A DNA stretch of 63,379 nt, filler included, from Choristocarpus tenellus KU-1152 (GCA_964200185.2; 17 parts of 17 records of this genome joined end to end with filler, not necessarily neighbours in it), one strand, 5' to 3'; counted from the whole stretch's first letter, positions 27,264-40,419 are shown. The notes: a model not told the origin generated them from the sequence alone. Made by a program: numbers and translations.

Positions 27264-27652
27264 CTGTCCGACCTTCATGGTGGGGTGCAGGGTGTAGGTG
27301 ATGGGATTAATTGCACCATGGAAGTAGACACACACATCACCCACTGTGTCAACCTACATACCAGGTATTGTATTGATGGTACGAGAGCACCAATAGAAGT
27401 CCACATTGGAGGGCGTGAATTACTGATGGCATATGGCACATCAAATGTCATTTTAACACGGCAGAGGGCTAAAGTACATGTCGACCTTCAACTCAAAGGG
27501 ACGAAGATCTGTTCTCGCCATCGTGCACTGTATGATCCTCTCGCTACAAGTCTCGAATTACTACCAACATGCAAAAAGAAACGTGACTGAAGGATGAATA
27601 CCTCGAATTTATCCCTAGAAGCTATCTTGAAGTACCTTGCTACCAAACGTAC

Positions 27653-27989
27653 CCCAGAAGGAGGCCCACTGCTCGCGTGTTGGCGTTTGAGGGACAAGAC
27701 GTTGCAGTGTTCGTCGCGGCAGGTATTCCAGTGAACAGGTTAGGCCACCTCTCCGCCACTGATTTGGCAAGGGTCTACTTCGATACTTGTATTTTTTCTT
27801 CTTTGTCCGATGGAACTCTCCAAGTCGGGTGTTTGAGCAGAATGCGGCAGGTCTGCAAGGTTGAACTATAGAGCAGGCGTCGACAACACCCTCCTGCACA
27901 GGAGCAACTGTTGTGCCCACATCAGAGTAGATCCCTTCACAAGGAACCAGCAATGCAAGTGATATACCTCCCACTACGATCCCAAACAT
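27653..27989 (-). CDS. Exon 1 of a conserved cyanobacteria/plastid-lineage protein, probable bipartite targeting leader
   Basis: ATG at 27989; hydrophobic MFGIVVGGISLALLVPCEG, a basic linker, then LEYLPRRTLQRLVPQTPTREQWASFWG|gtacgt (family-like LIPLxRxxFExLIPxxxTxxQYxxYWG). Confidence 0.7.
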
Positions 27990-28179
27990 GAGGCAAAAGG
28001 GTTCAGCACAGGCCGAGAAGGCTACGGTTGCACAAACCTCAATTTGGACCTTGGACTTTCTGACCCAGACTAACTATATGACTATATGACTATATATCGC
28101 ACGAAACGCCTCACCAGTAATACAAACTACTTTGGATTTAACTTGACTAAACCCACCAACACTAGTTCAAAGTCAAGAT

Positions 28180-30427
28180 ATGCAGTGGCTAGCTGCAATT
28201 CTTCTTGTTCCCAGCCTTACCTGCTGGGGGGAGATCCTTGAGTATGGAAGCTCTGATACAGGTGCTCCTCGACTCAGGATTCAAACTCGTAACCATTTTT
28301 CTCTCGAAGAACTACCCTCTATGCCATCCTAGTCTTACCTTACAGTTCGCAATTAGGTTGCTCAGAAAGAGTCTCCCGGAACCTCAACGGAAGAATGCCC
28401 AGTTTAGGTCTTCTTTCTTCGATGAAAACCTTGTTTTAGGTGAATAATTTCCTTTATGTTACATAGGCAGGGTATTTTTGACAAGCTTCGCCATACGAAG
28501 CCTGATCGCTTCTCACCTTCGTGGACTTTCTCCAGGCTCGCTATCGGCTCTTGCCCGGGTGTCTATTACTAGCGACGAAATCCTGAGAGATAGTATGTCC
28601 TTCTTTGAGGTATGCAAGGCTGGGATGAGGTGGTGGTTGGGCTCTCGACAAGGGTTTTCCCTTTGGGTGCCATGCTGGTTTGCGGGTGCCATCCTGGTTT
28701 ATGGGTGCCATCCTGGTTGGCGAGTGCCTTCCGAGGAGTCGTTGTGGACGGATTGGGAAGAAGATGCAATGCAGCTGGCGCGGATGTGTTGTCCCCTGGA
28801 GCCATATGGAGAGTAGTTTGGCACTTCCCCCCTTCTATCTACTACTGCTAGTTACCTCCTCTTCGTGTGTATCTTTCAGGTGACGACGAGTGCATGGGAC
28901 AGTACTAGAGTACGGGTGGCCATCGATGGGTGCAACCCATTCACAGCCGTTCTGGCCTCCTTTGGCGCCCTACCCACGCCTTCGCATCATGATGTCCTGG
29001 CTCCCGCTATGCTGGACTCCAATGGTACCTCCTGTGGGGTGGATATTTGGACAACAGTATCAGGAAGAGAAGGGACGTGGTACGTTTTCCCCTCTCTCTT
29101 CCTCTCACATTTTCTCCCTTTCCCTAATCGTTGTCCTCTTCCCCCTAATATCCATTTATAGTTGGAAAGACTCAACCATCCCTTTGAATGGGGGAGTGAG
29201 AAGCCTACACAACGCTTTGTGATCTGGTCATCAATGCATAGAATGTTATGACCTCATGGCAGGGGAACAAGAATTGCCAGAATGGTTGTGTGGATTTAGT
29301 TACTTCAAGAGTGTTACATGAACTGATGTTACATCTTCCCCTTATTCATCACTGTCCTTGTTTGCCTCAGCTTCCACCTCCATGTCACAACCCCTCTATT
29401 GCAAGGTTCTTGGCTGTGGTGGGTGGATCACCCCTCCATGGCTTGAGGTACTTTGCTGGCCCTCCTGACAAGCTGACCTTCGAGGTCACTACAATTTCAG
29501 AGGTGTGAATTAGCTTGTGCTGAACCTGTTTGTGTGTGTGCATCTGAAGTGGCTGTTGACTTTGATCCTGATTCATAGTGCGAATTATGATGATTCAACT
29601 GAGTTCACTTGTTCAATCAAGTTCTAAATGAGATCTTAATTGAAACCTTTCAATTAGTTGATCATTTTGTCACGTCTACATGGGCCAAAGTATTTGCTTT
29701 GCCCTTCCTTGTGGCGCTTTGCATTTCGTGTGCCTTGCCTCATGTGCTTTGCTCACAGTCTGATTCAATTGGGTGAGCGCACTGAATAGTTTCAAGCCGG
29801 TTTCTTACTCATATATTCTTTTGATTCAAAGCACTAGAAGCATGCCCTTATCTAGCTTACAACTAATTAATTAAGGACTGAGAAATGTACTTCCAAGTAC
29901 CCCAACTTTGTTCTATTAGTTTGTCCATTTCGGTGCAGAAAATGCTTGACATAACGCCACCTCATTGACAAGGTAGCCTCCATTTATTAGGCCCAAGCTG
30001 ACTTCTTCGTCCTCTATGGCTAACCCTATTTCGTTCAGGCACTGTTTGACCTCTACCCTGTCAATCACTTTAGTTGATTTTCCTGTTGAGTTTATCTGTG
30101 CCCTGTTCCTCTGTCCCATGGTTTCTACCCCCCACTCCTCACACCATGATCTGAGTGTGTGATCATTCAACACGTTGATAACCCAGCGAAGTAAATGATG
30201 ATGCTATGGATTGTGACCTAGATATGCTTGTTTGTCACCCTACTTTCCTTGTCACTACAGCCATTGCTGTACCCACCCCTGCCTGGAAAGACAGGACCGT
30301 GCTGGCGGCCTGCCCTACCCCCCCCCCAGCCAATACCGATGATGGTGGAAACCTTTGGCTCCACTACAAGTCTCTCTGATGTCACTGGCAACTCCTTCCA
30401 AAAATATGATGTCTTTCTTGCCGGCAA
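28180..30427 (+). CDS. Unknown multi-exon gene (candidate exons ~28471-28609, 28880-29079, 29406-29502, 30261-~30423/30427; possible ATG at 28180)
   Basis: Four AG/GT-bounded open segments with compatible phases (0, 2, 0): ...DSMSFFE|VTTSAWD...REGT-W-FLAVVGG...TTISE|PLLYPP...; signal-peptide-like MQWLAAILLVPSLTCWG upstream. First-exon structure unresolved; no family recognised. Confidence 0.55.
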
Positions 30428-30658
30428 GTGAGCTGCCTTACCTCCCCCTTTGCATGAGGAGAGCAGTTGATGTGATCAAACCAACAAATACTGCCCATTA
30501 GGATGAGGTTTGGTTACATGTAGGAACTTGGAGTGATTTTTCCCTTGTGTTTGTTCGTAACTGTCGTGAGTGCTCAATACATTCCGTCGTCTTTATTGTT
30601 GTATGAATGCACACATTGTGGAGTGTGTGTGGGGGGGGTGGGGGGCGAGGGGGAGTGG

Positions 30659-30758
30659 NNNNNNNNNNNNNNNNNNNNNNNNNNNNNNNNNNNNNNNNNN
30701 NNTTAATTAATTAANNNNNNNNNNNNNNNNNNNNNNNNNNNNNNNNNNNNNNNNNNNN
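30659..30758. other. Artificial contig-joining spacer
   Basis: Same 100-nt block. Confidence 0.98.
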
Positions 30759-30830
30759 CCCAAAAATCGCGACATGGAAAAATGGGCCCCGAATGAACAG
30801 TCGCCACTCCCCCCCCTGATACTTTGAGCC
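30759..30830 (+). mobile_element. MITE family A, right part
   Basis: ...aaaatcgcgacatggaaaaatgggcccc...ctgatactttgagcc. Confidence 0.85.
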
Positions 30831-31927
30831 CAGGGTGGTACAGTAGAAGGGGGTGGTGAATACGCACCAGTGAATAATTGTATCCATAGCAGCACAAGTA
30901 ACCCTCCTATCAAGGAGCATCATACACTTCATGTTGGAAACACGAGGACAGTGGGTGACGAGGACCTGACTGATTCCAGGGATTCTTCCCTTGTTTATAA
31001 AACAACTTCATACTGCCAGTCTAAGAGTAGCTTCAGGTATGCATCATCATATGCATTTCTTGTTTTGTGCATCGTATCATGGTACAACTACTGTTGTTAA
31101 ATGCTAACAGTGCCTAAAATGATAGATCATTCTCGTGGCATTACTCTGTTCAGAAATTGATTTTTGTTGACGGAAGGAAGAAAAATGGAGTGAAGGGGCA
31201 TACTGTCAACAATGAAAATGTAAGGATTATTTCGGGATGGGTGGGAAATGATGTTAAAGAATCCCCCGACTCATAATTGTATAGGAGTAATATTCAAGGG
31301 GATAATGCTAAATGTTTTAGAGGAGTGATTATCTTAAGGAGAGGGGGCAACCATACAACCTTAAACCACCATGTCCAATAGAGCCAATTCCTATCCATTC
31401 ATTCATACACAAGAGCAAAAATGGGTTTACCAACCAATAACTCTTGTGTCATGTAAACTACTACCTGTCTCCGATACAGTTGGGAGAGTTTATTCGAACA
31501 AATGATGCTTAGTCACAAGGTCACAGGTTTCACTCACCAGCCCTAACTGATTTCCTCTTGAGTGTTGAGAAGGGAGGGGTTTAAATTTGGTTTGCTACAG
31601 GGGGGGGCTAGGGCAGGTTACTGGTTCGATCTTATCAGTAGTTAACCTTAGTTGTGAAGAGGGTCAGCCCATTTGTTTCCAGTGTGAGTTAGGGTCTTCT
31701 CAATAGAGCAAGTGGAACCATACTGATCCCCTTTCGTGAGCAGCAAAATTCAACTTTTTGCATTAAATACCACTCCACGTATTATCTTGATTACTATATA
31801 TACATATGTTCAATGTTGAGGTACCACTGTTCCATCAGGGCAGACAGTTGTGTTGTACAACTGTCCGCTCTGGGGAATCAAGGAATCTCAATATTTAGCA
31901 CCAATAGTTCCATGTTGCTTCTATCAA

Positions 31928-32185
31928 GAGTGAAAATATCTTAGAGGGTACGAGTTTTGCCCTGTTGTTCGGTTTGCGCCTTGGCTTTCCATTTCTTTTT
32001 AATGACATTTTCCTATTACATTTTTTTTCAGAGTAGGTAAATTGTATGTGTTGTGCAAAAGTGTAACTGGAACAAGGATATTGGTACATCCTAACAAATA
32101 GGATGGCCAAAATAGAATCAAAATCGCAACATTTGATTTAGGTCCTCGAATTGACGCGGCTCTACCCTCTAAGATGCTTTGACTA
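31928..32185 (+). mobile_element. MITE family B, full-length (~258 bp)
   Basis: GAGTGAAAATATCTTAGAGGGTA ... TACCCTCTAAGATGCTTTGACT. Confidence 0.9.
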
Positions 32186-32333
32186 TTGACACGCAGGTAC
32201 CTGTTAACACGGAAGTCAACAATACCCGTCAGATGTGCAGGCAATTCCCTAAGAAGTGGAGAGTCATAAAATGACACTCGACATGCTGGCTGAAGGCACT
32301 ACCCACTGTTTGGGTGTGTAGAGAAGTCACCAT

Positions 32334-32508
32334 GGCTCAAAGCATCTGGGGGAGGATGGCGGCTGTCCATTTGGGGCCCAATTTTCCATGTCACAGATTT
32401 TGGGTGATTTGGTTGCATGTGTCAGATGGATAATGTAAATGCATTTTTCCTGGTCAGGACCCAAATGAACACCCTGACGTAGACCCCCCCTCCGAGATAC
32501 TTTGAGCC
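32334..32508 (-). mobile_element. MITE family A, full-length
   Basis: GGCTCAAAGCATCT ... AGATACTTTGAGCC. Confidence 0.9.
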
Positions 32509-32959
32509 TCAGGAATAGAAAACACTGCAGCAAGTAAGTGGTGATATTTGTTTACCAATCCACAGAATAGGATCGATTTGGTGGCAAGGACCCCCTCCCC
32601 CCTTGGGCTTGAAGGCTCACTCCTCCTCTCTCCTTCTTTACTTCATCTACAACCTATCCAGCCCAATAAGGAATTAATCAAGTCATTCATAAACACAAAG
32701 TCTTCACAAACATCAGCTTCTTTAACAGAGTTCATTGCCCAGGAGTCATGACTAATTCCCATTCCCACCTACCAATGCTTTTTAACAGCGCAAAACTCAC
32801 CTCCTATGTCTCCACTGCCCTTAAAGGACTCTCTACTCCTCACTCTCTCCTCAAGAGAATGTTCTCTCCACCCTGCAAGTAGCACTTTGATTTCATCAGC
32901 ATGGTTCAAGTGTTACAATGTGAAAGTCTCGGTAGGACCTCCATGTTACAACACACTCC

Positions 32960-33360
32960 AGAACTTACCTCCACAGGATGCGTGGCTCTAATCCACTAAC
33001 ATATAAACAATACTACTGGGGTATTTGCACAGTTCATAGCCACATGCGGGTGTCACCCACTCTTCTCTCGATGCGTCACTTACTGCTTAGCCCAAACCTT
33101 GACTTAATGTTTTAATCGAGAAATAAAGAGAGACCAAGAAATACGATGAGTGGCCACCAAAGTATTAATATAATTACGTCATCCACCTGATTTCTGCAGA
33201 CTACAAGTCGAAAGACATCTGCCAACTGTTGTATACGTACTCAAATCACAAATCTTTCCTGTAACTTCTCAGAAATCGACCTTTATTCTGTAATGTCAAC
33301 TATGTCCTACAAATCTCGTATACTGCTCGCGCTTGCCAGAACACAAGAAGAAACGCTCAC
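32960..33360 (-). mobile_element. Second relic of the DIRS/Ngaro family
   Basis: Colinear similarity to 18405-18860, e.g. acctccacaggatg and tgcttagc(c/t)caaa(c/g)cttgact(t/c)aatgttt shared. Confidence 0.6.
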
Positions 33361-33430
33361 AACTTTCTTCATTATAGTACAAGCTCAAGGTCTGTGCTTG
33401 GACACATCTTACAACAGCAAGAATAACATG

Positions 33431-33687
33431 GAGTCAAAGTATCTTGGAGGGTAGAGCCGCTTCCTTTGGGGTCGAAAATCCAATATTGCAATTTTGATGT
33501 AATTTAGGTATTCGTGATTGTAAGGAAGGTGTCAATATCCTTGTTCCGGACACAACTTTGATAATGTATACATTTTACCTACTCCACAATGTTTTGGAGT
33601 AGGTAAAATGCCCTTGAAAAAACGTGGGGAGCCAAGACCGAAACAGACAAACAGGGAAAAACTCTTACCCTCTAAGATACCTTTACC
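33431..33687 (-). mobile_element. MITE family B, full-length, probable CATG TSD
   Basis: GAGTCAAAGTATCTTGGAGGGTA ... TACCCTCTAAGATAC; flanked catg/catg if one indel is allowed at the terminus. Confidence 0.9.
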
Positions 33688-35616
33688 CATGCCATTCAAA
33701 CTACTACGGAGATCACTCAGAGAACACCCTCCTTGATGTGAACCTACAACTGTCTTGTCCGTTCAACAAAACCAACACCAAACTCTGAGCGTCTATAATC
33801 ACAGGAAGCAGGAAAGAAATAAAGTCAAATATCCTTCCCAAGGACAAGGAAAACACAACACAGGAGGCCAACTAAAAAAAACCATTATGCAGACGCCATG
33901 GCCGAAAATAACCTCAGCCTTGTTGATGGTGCAGGATCACCCTTCCGCTGGAGGAAGTCAAACCCCTTTGTTAATGACATAATCTTCAATAAAAATGCAG
34001 CATGTGATACGTCATTAACACAGCACTCCGGTCCAGAATGAAGACAACAACCTCCACATGAGCATTGAAGTGGACATATAATAGGTCACTTTACATGTTT
34101 ACCACATCAAAAAACAAAAGGCCTAGCCTCAGCATGTGCGACCAGGATACACCTGGATACAAGATTTGTGCTTTTTTATGTTATACTTGAAGACATTAAG
34201 TTTTCTTCAGAGAGAGAGAGATTACAAAACCATGCCACCACTACACACAACAAAGTAAACAGTGTCTCACACAATATTGCAGGCTGGAACAACCTCCTAC
34301 GTGTGCACTCATGTATACACCATTTGCAATACACACACACACATCATTAGCATATACTAACACACAGATCACCTACAGACATGCATACTACAAGAGATGC
34401 ATCATGCGTGTTCCAAACTGTATCACACACAAACATACACACACAAATGTAGTCGCATACCAATTGCACACCAGACAAACATCAACCAACACATTATCAT
34501 ACACACAGAGATGCACTAGCACCTCTTAGAATCTCCAAGACACAATACTATGAAGGGAAATGGGAGCTGCAGCATACTTAGTGTAAGGACCATGCATCTA
34601 TAAAGAACACTGGACCAAGATATTATACTTTAAACTCGGAACACTACTCGGAAGAGAAGAACAGAAACTACTAACCAACTGAATTACGACACTTGCCAAA
34701 GAATAACAACAAACCTGACATGCCTACATTCCATCCCATCAATTTCGAATCCTATTGATAGGTTTGTGCCAGTTACAACTGGCACCAATTGGGATACACC
34801 ACCAAAGGCGCATGGGAAAGGCATGGATAAGGGGGACTATCAAGACACCCCACACACTGCAATCATCTTAGCAATCATTTGGAAGATATACACAATAGAT
34901 AGGGCGCGACAAGAAGGATACACTGGAAGGACAAGGAAGAGACAGCAGTCCTGTACAAAGAAACATCTAAATACAGAACTCAACCAAACAACAAGAAGAT
35001 AACCACACCCTCAAGAGCTGGCACTGAACGTCTCTGCAACACCTCAATGCACCAGACGTTTACTCCAAAATTATCACCTCATGAAGGTGATGGGAGAGTG
35101 TAACTGGTTTAGAGCCTCGACCGTACTAATCCTAGAAGGTGGAAGACTTCCAGTGGCACCAGCATCTCATAGTGCCTGCGATTGGAGATTGAACGGAAGC
35201 AAGACTGTGTCACACACCACTACTATTACCTAGCAGGGCGAGCTTTGTGTAACATATAACATGTAACTTTGCATAACTTTCCATTGGTCATCAACCTTCA
35301 TTCCTTACTTCCAAGGATGCTTTAAATTTTAGGTGGCAGGAAGAGGGACATAGCTCACAGGATGCATGTTTGTTTCTATGTATAAGGCAAAGGGGAGTGG
35401 GGAGCCATGGGTACGCAATCGTTAGGATGTTGATAATTACTACACTTGGTGTGTTCTTCAGACATTTTGGAGTACATACATACTTCGAACCAGGATAACC
35501 GCATGACAATGGCAGAGACCAGCTTTGATCATCACATAGAGCATCAGGTAGCTCGTGGGATCAAAACAAGGACAGAAGATTGCATTCATCACGATATGCA
35601 ACACATCAAATCCCAG

Positions 35617-35811
35617 TTACTTAGCAATACCATGGTGCTTCTGGCCCAAGTTGTCTTCGCTAGATACATACCGAGCATCATATGTGGCCCATTCTTGTCC
35701 GTTCACGATGTCATAGGCAGGCACTATGGACACCCCAAAGCGGTCCATGACACGAGAGGCCCTCTCATTAAGATTTTCCACCCCAGAGTTTCCAAAAAAG
35801 CCTGGTAGCAT
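35617..35811 (-). pseudogene. Fragment resembling the C-terminal block of an SGNH/PC-esterase-type protein
   Basis: LNERASRVMDRFGVSIVPAYDIVNGQEWATYDARYV resembles N..A..VM...GV..VD.Y.......DGxHY, but the catalytic His is absent. Confidence 0.3.
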
Positions 35812-37074
35812 GAACAGGAAGGAATCTCAATTTGAGACAGTTCATCGAAGCTGAAAAGAGAACTGTGGTCACACAGGTTATTTCTGTACTACTCACGCAG
35901 TAGCATTTGCTCATCACATTGTGACAAGTCACTCAACCTCTCCTCTCCTCAGCTACACAATGATGAACATAGGGAGAACTCTGGAAGGGCTAGATGTTAG
36001 TGTGAGTTCGAGGTTGATGCCAGTAGCATCTCTTGAGGCAACTTGCAACGCCTTTGAGAGTGTTCTCTGAAGCAACGCCCGTGCAAACATTGAATGTGCG
36101 CAAACATGGCAGTTAAACACTCTGGAACAAGAACAGCATTGTGCCCATCCAGTACTGATACAACAATACCCTAGAGGAGAACATTACTCGGCCTCTTTTC
36201 AAGGTTGAAAGGACGAGCGCTTCAGCCACACTTGCCATTCGCATCTCACCTGTCTGTACCTGCACTCTCAGTCAAAAGTCATAAACAGGCTACAAGTATT
36301 GACCTACATCCCAAAACAAAACAATTTCTCAGTCTCACCTTGCTCGCATATGTCGGCAGCATTGCGGGCGCCTTCGACCCTCATGTTCTCGTTTATCTTT
36401 TGGACATTACCAATCTGCTTTGGACCAGCAGTGTAGCCAGTTACGTTGCATCGAATGCGGGGATGCAAAATGGAAGGATTAAAAAAAATTGATGTGTGTT
36501 GGTCCTTGCGACACTCTTGAATTACAAAACGAAATACTGCAAACCAAAATGCTACAGGTTGCAGAAGAGATGCCAAGTACATACCCTTGCATACTCCAGA
36601 GTATAAATTACAGGCTCTTACCGGCATGTGGCAAGAGACAGAAAAGGTCACATACCAGATTGCCTCACAGCAAAGCGTAGGATTCTGCTGTGGCAGACAT
36701 CTCTATCATACATGATGTCAAGATACATACTTGAATATGCATGACATGCAAAATAGTGTGTGCAGCATCATTATTGAGTGTTGTACTCTGACTTGATGCA
36801 AAGGTTGCTACAACTGTAGTAGAACCATGGGTTTGGAACATCAGGTGTGAGGAAAAAATAAATAAATATATATATATATATATCCCAAGACAATGTACAT
36901 GGGATGATACGTTAGTCAATGTGTCAGGTAAAATTTCTGTGAATGACTAGAGAGGTAGAGGAGCACACAAAGTGGAGTGGAGAAAGGCTCATTACCTCAT
37001 CCGGAGTTGGATAACTACCGCGCCTATTACAAACAAGGGAAACTGATATCATCCTTTTGGGGGGCAACAGTCAG

Positions 37075-37174
37075 NNNNNNNNNNNNNNNNNNNNNNNNNN
37101 NNNNNNNNNNNNNNNNNNTTAATTAATTAANNNNNNNNNNNNNNNNNNNNNNNNNNNNNNNNNNNNNNNNNNNN
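37075..37174. other. Artificial contig-joining spacer
   Basis: Same 100-nt block. Confidence 0.98.
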
Positions 37175-39370
37175 CCACCACTCCTGGTGAGGAACGCTAT
37201 CGCCCGTGGGATGCTGGGGATGTTCCATTGCATATTCACGACTCCACTGTGTTGTTTTACCGTAGCATACTACCTCCCAACCCCTGTTTAGTGGTTCTCC
37301 CTGAACAATGACAATATCCGCTATATTGAAAAGTAAGCAAAAAATGTAACTGTGAAGGATGTTTGTGGACACCTTCTCCTACTCATAGCCTCAGGCATGA
37401 CCAAGTGGCCATTTTGAAGCACAAAATCCCCCCTTCTTCATATCTACGGTGGCAAAACCTGTCCAAGAGCTCAGGGTCGATGATCTGCCAATCGGGCTTG
37501 CTTGTGAAAATCTACTCTGAATTCTTGACTTCTTAAACCGGTGCAGGTGATTATTATTTTTTTCTTTTCAAATTTCGCTCGCAAACACTCCATGCGTGGT
37601 ACAGGCGCTGGAGCTGCTGGTCCTAGACTTCATAGCATATGTAAAGAGCAACGGTCTCGAGTCACATCATCCTGTGACCATTTGCTACTCTGCTGCAAGT
37701 CTTCCCCTGTTGCAATTTGTGACCAATACGCTATTGGCAGAAAGGAACCCTAATTTCACGATTCGCACGGCCCTTACCCAGCATGAGGATATCCAGGTAT
37801 ATGTAGAGATATTTACGGCATTGACGATTGAATTTGTCCAGTGGAAATTCACGGAAACGTAGCAAAGGAAAGTCCGATTCGTTATGCACTCCAAAACGCT
37901 TCGAGTGTGTTGGCAGGAGAGCACTCCGGTCGAGTAAGATTAGCCCAGGAGGAAAGGACAAAAGCAGTTTTAGAGCTTCAACATCAATTTTCTTATCTGC
38001 TAACTAACTGGAGAATGTTGAGTTAGCAGGAAGGCACTTAGTCCATTTTTGCTTGACTGATCTGGAACCTCAATTTTGGGCATCTCACTGCTCATCGCCT
38101 GCCAGGAACTCCACTAAGAATGAACCAACTGAAGTCACAGACAACCCCACTCTCTGTCTTACCGAAATCTATTGCATCCCATCCACATCTCCATCTCGTG
38201 CGAAATATGCAGTTCCACGACTCCACAAACCCTGATAAAGCAGGACAGCTGGCAATGGGTCGCTTAAACATGAAGGTGGGCAGCCATGGTCTTGCAGCGC
38301 TTGTTGTGTACTGAATCGATATTTGAGAGAAAAGATCAGGAATTTCGATCATGATATTGATTTTGGTACGTAAGAAAAAAATACTCAAATATGTAATAGA
38401 GTGTATGTAAGAATCTTCTCCGAACAAACGTAGTCATCAACATGTTCAAAAGTGTCTGTATTCCATAAGATGGTAGTCGCAACTATTTCTCCTTACTAAG
38501 TCACTGAGCGACAAAAACGTATATGCTTAATGAGCTCTCCCTCAACCTTGCCTCTTGACCATTTCAACCTTGCTGCAGGAAATAATCCAGGATGCAGACC
38601 CCAATACTGAGGTGTACTTCTGCGGTGCAGGTGGCATCAATAACGTTTTACATTATCAGTCTGCCCTAAGGTGTATGAGATACACAGGTAGCGCAGTGCA
38701 GTAGGAGTGTTTGGAGGTGCACGCACACTGTTTCTCGGTTGAGTGTCAATCAAGGCGAGCTGGTATGGGATAGCGGCTTGATGTTTTTGTCGTTAACGTC
38801 ACCTTGTTCGAATCTTGACAGGTGACCGTATTTCGCCTATGAAATCTAATGCGAAAGTGTATTGTTCTGTATTTTTGGGGGCTAGACACGAAATATTGGT
38901 GTGTACCTGTAATGTCTTTGTTTGTGCCATTTGGTGGTAAAGGTGGTGGTCGCATGTCGCTACATATGCATGTGTGTGGTTCTCCTGCCTGTATAAGGAT
39001 GGAGCGTTAACGGGGGGGTGGAGGAAGGGGTAGGAGATTACTTAGGAACCACGTGACGATTGAAAACATAGGACAATAATGAGGGGAGGGATATATATAT
39101 ATATATATATATATATTTGCATATGCTTGGTGCACATCTACTTTGGAGCGAGGAACTGACGTACACTTGAAGTTCACGGTGTGCCCTTGTCGAATGACTT
39201 TGATTTGCTGAGGACAAATCCCCCCTCAAATGTCCCCCTGTGTAGGTTTGCGTAAGTTTTTCAGTTTTTGGTCATGAATATACTTGTCCACGAGATGATG
39301 GGGATGGCACAAGGATCTCTACCAGCATTTTTGACTGGATACTGTACCATTCTGCTATATATATATATTC

Positions 39371-40081
39371 ATTATTATTCCCTCTGACATTTTGGAGATG
39401 TGTCAGGGGGAAACTAATGAAAACTATACACACATTGTCAGTATAAGCCCTAAAGAAATATAATGTCATGAATATAAAATATACAAATCTAGTTGTTACT
39501 TCACTATCTATATGTCGTACTACTACCTTCCTGTGTCTCCAATCTACCTATACCTGTGCCCTGGGTGGAGGAGCTAGGGAGGCATCCGAAGAATCTCCAG
39601 TAAACCCCTCCATGCCCATATTCCTGGTGATCCCAGCTCAAGACGTATGACATGTCTAGACGGTTCCACTTGAGTAGTTACCGAGACAATTTGGCGTAGC
39701 CGCGATTTAACTACTCCTTTCCTGCTATAACCTCCAGCCCCTCGCCCCTCTACAATGGGAGTAGCCAGCTCATCCAGGAAGCATTCTGCTTGCTTTCCGA
39801 CGCACCCAAACCTTTCCACCGAGAAGGTGTTGAGGTTATAACTACTACGAGGATCAAAAGAGTCCCTTGTAGTGGGTGCGCTTTCGCGGCTCGGCTGACA
39901 CAGCAGTTACACCATTGCTGGCGGATGAGTGGGTAAGGTGGGAGGTTGCCTGTACCTCCGCGTATGTGACACCAAGTAGGCCTTTGTCCCTGTAGGGGAC
40001 TCTTCCAGCGACCGCGAGTGCCCTTTTGAAACCTGAATCGAATGCATCGTACATGAATGTAAAATGCGTAGACTACTAGCG
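39371..40081 (-). mobile_element. 3' end of an RLE-type (CRE-like) non-LTR retrotransposon: endonuclease C-terminus plus 3' UTR
   Basis: LLGVTYA...AVSAEPRKRTHYKG...FSVERFGCVGKQAECFLDELA...RLRQIVSVTTQV matches the restriction-like endonuclease pattern DxT...AExxKxxxY...VExFGxxG...FLxxLA; ends in an (ATA/TA)n-like tail. Confidence 0.75.
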
Positions 40082-40181
40082 NNNNNNNNNNNNNNNNNNN
40101 NNNNNNNNNNNNNNNNNNNNNNNNNTTAATTAATTAANNNNNNNNNNNNNNNNNNNNNNNNNNNNNNNNNNNNNNNNNNNN
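40082..40181. other. Artificial contig-joining spacer
   Basis: Same 100-nt block. Confidence 0.98.
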
Positions 40182-40419
40182 TAGGAGTTTCTAATATTTA
40201 TATTTTATCATTTTATGTATGGTATGTTTTTTTTTTTCAACACTGCTTTTTGTGGACGTATTTTATGCAAATTTTTTTTTCTTGATTTTTTTTATGTTTT
40301 TTTTTGTGGGTTGTTTCGATGGAAAGTAAAAATATATATATATATATATTGTTGGTAGTTGTTGCATTGAGATTGGAGGCGTAACACCTGCGATGCAAGA
40401 GTAGGTCTTCAAAACTGGT

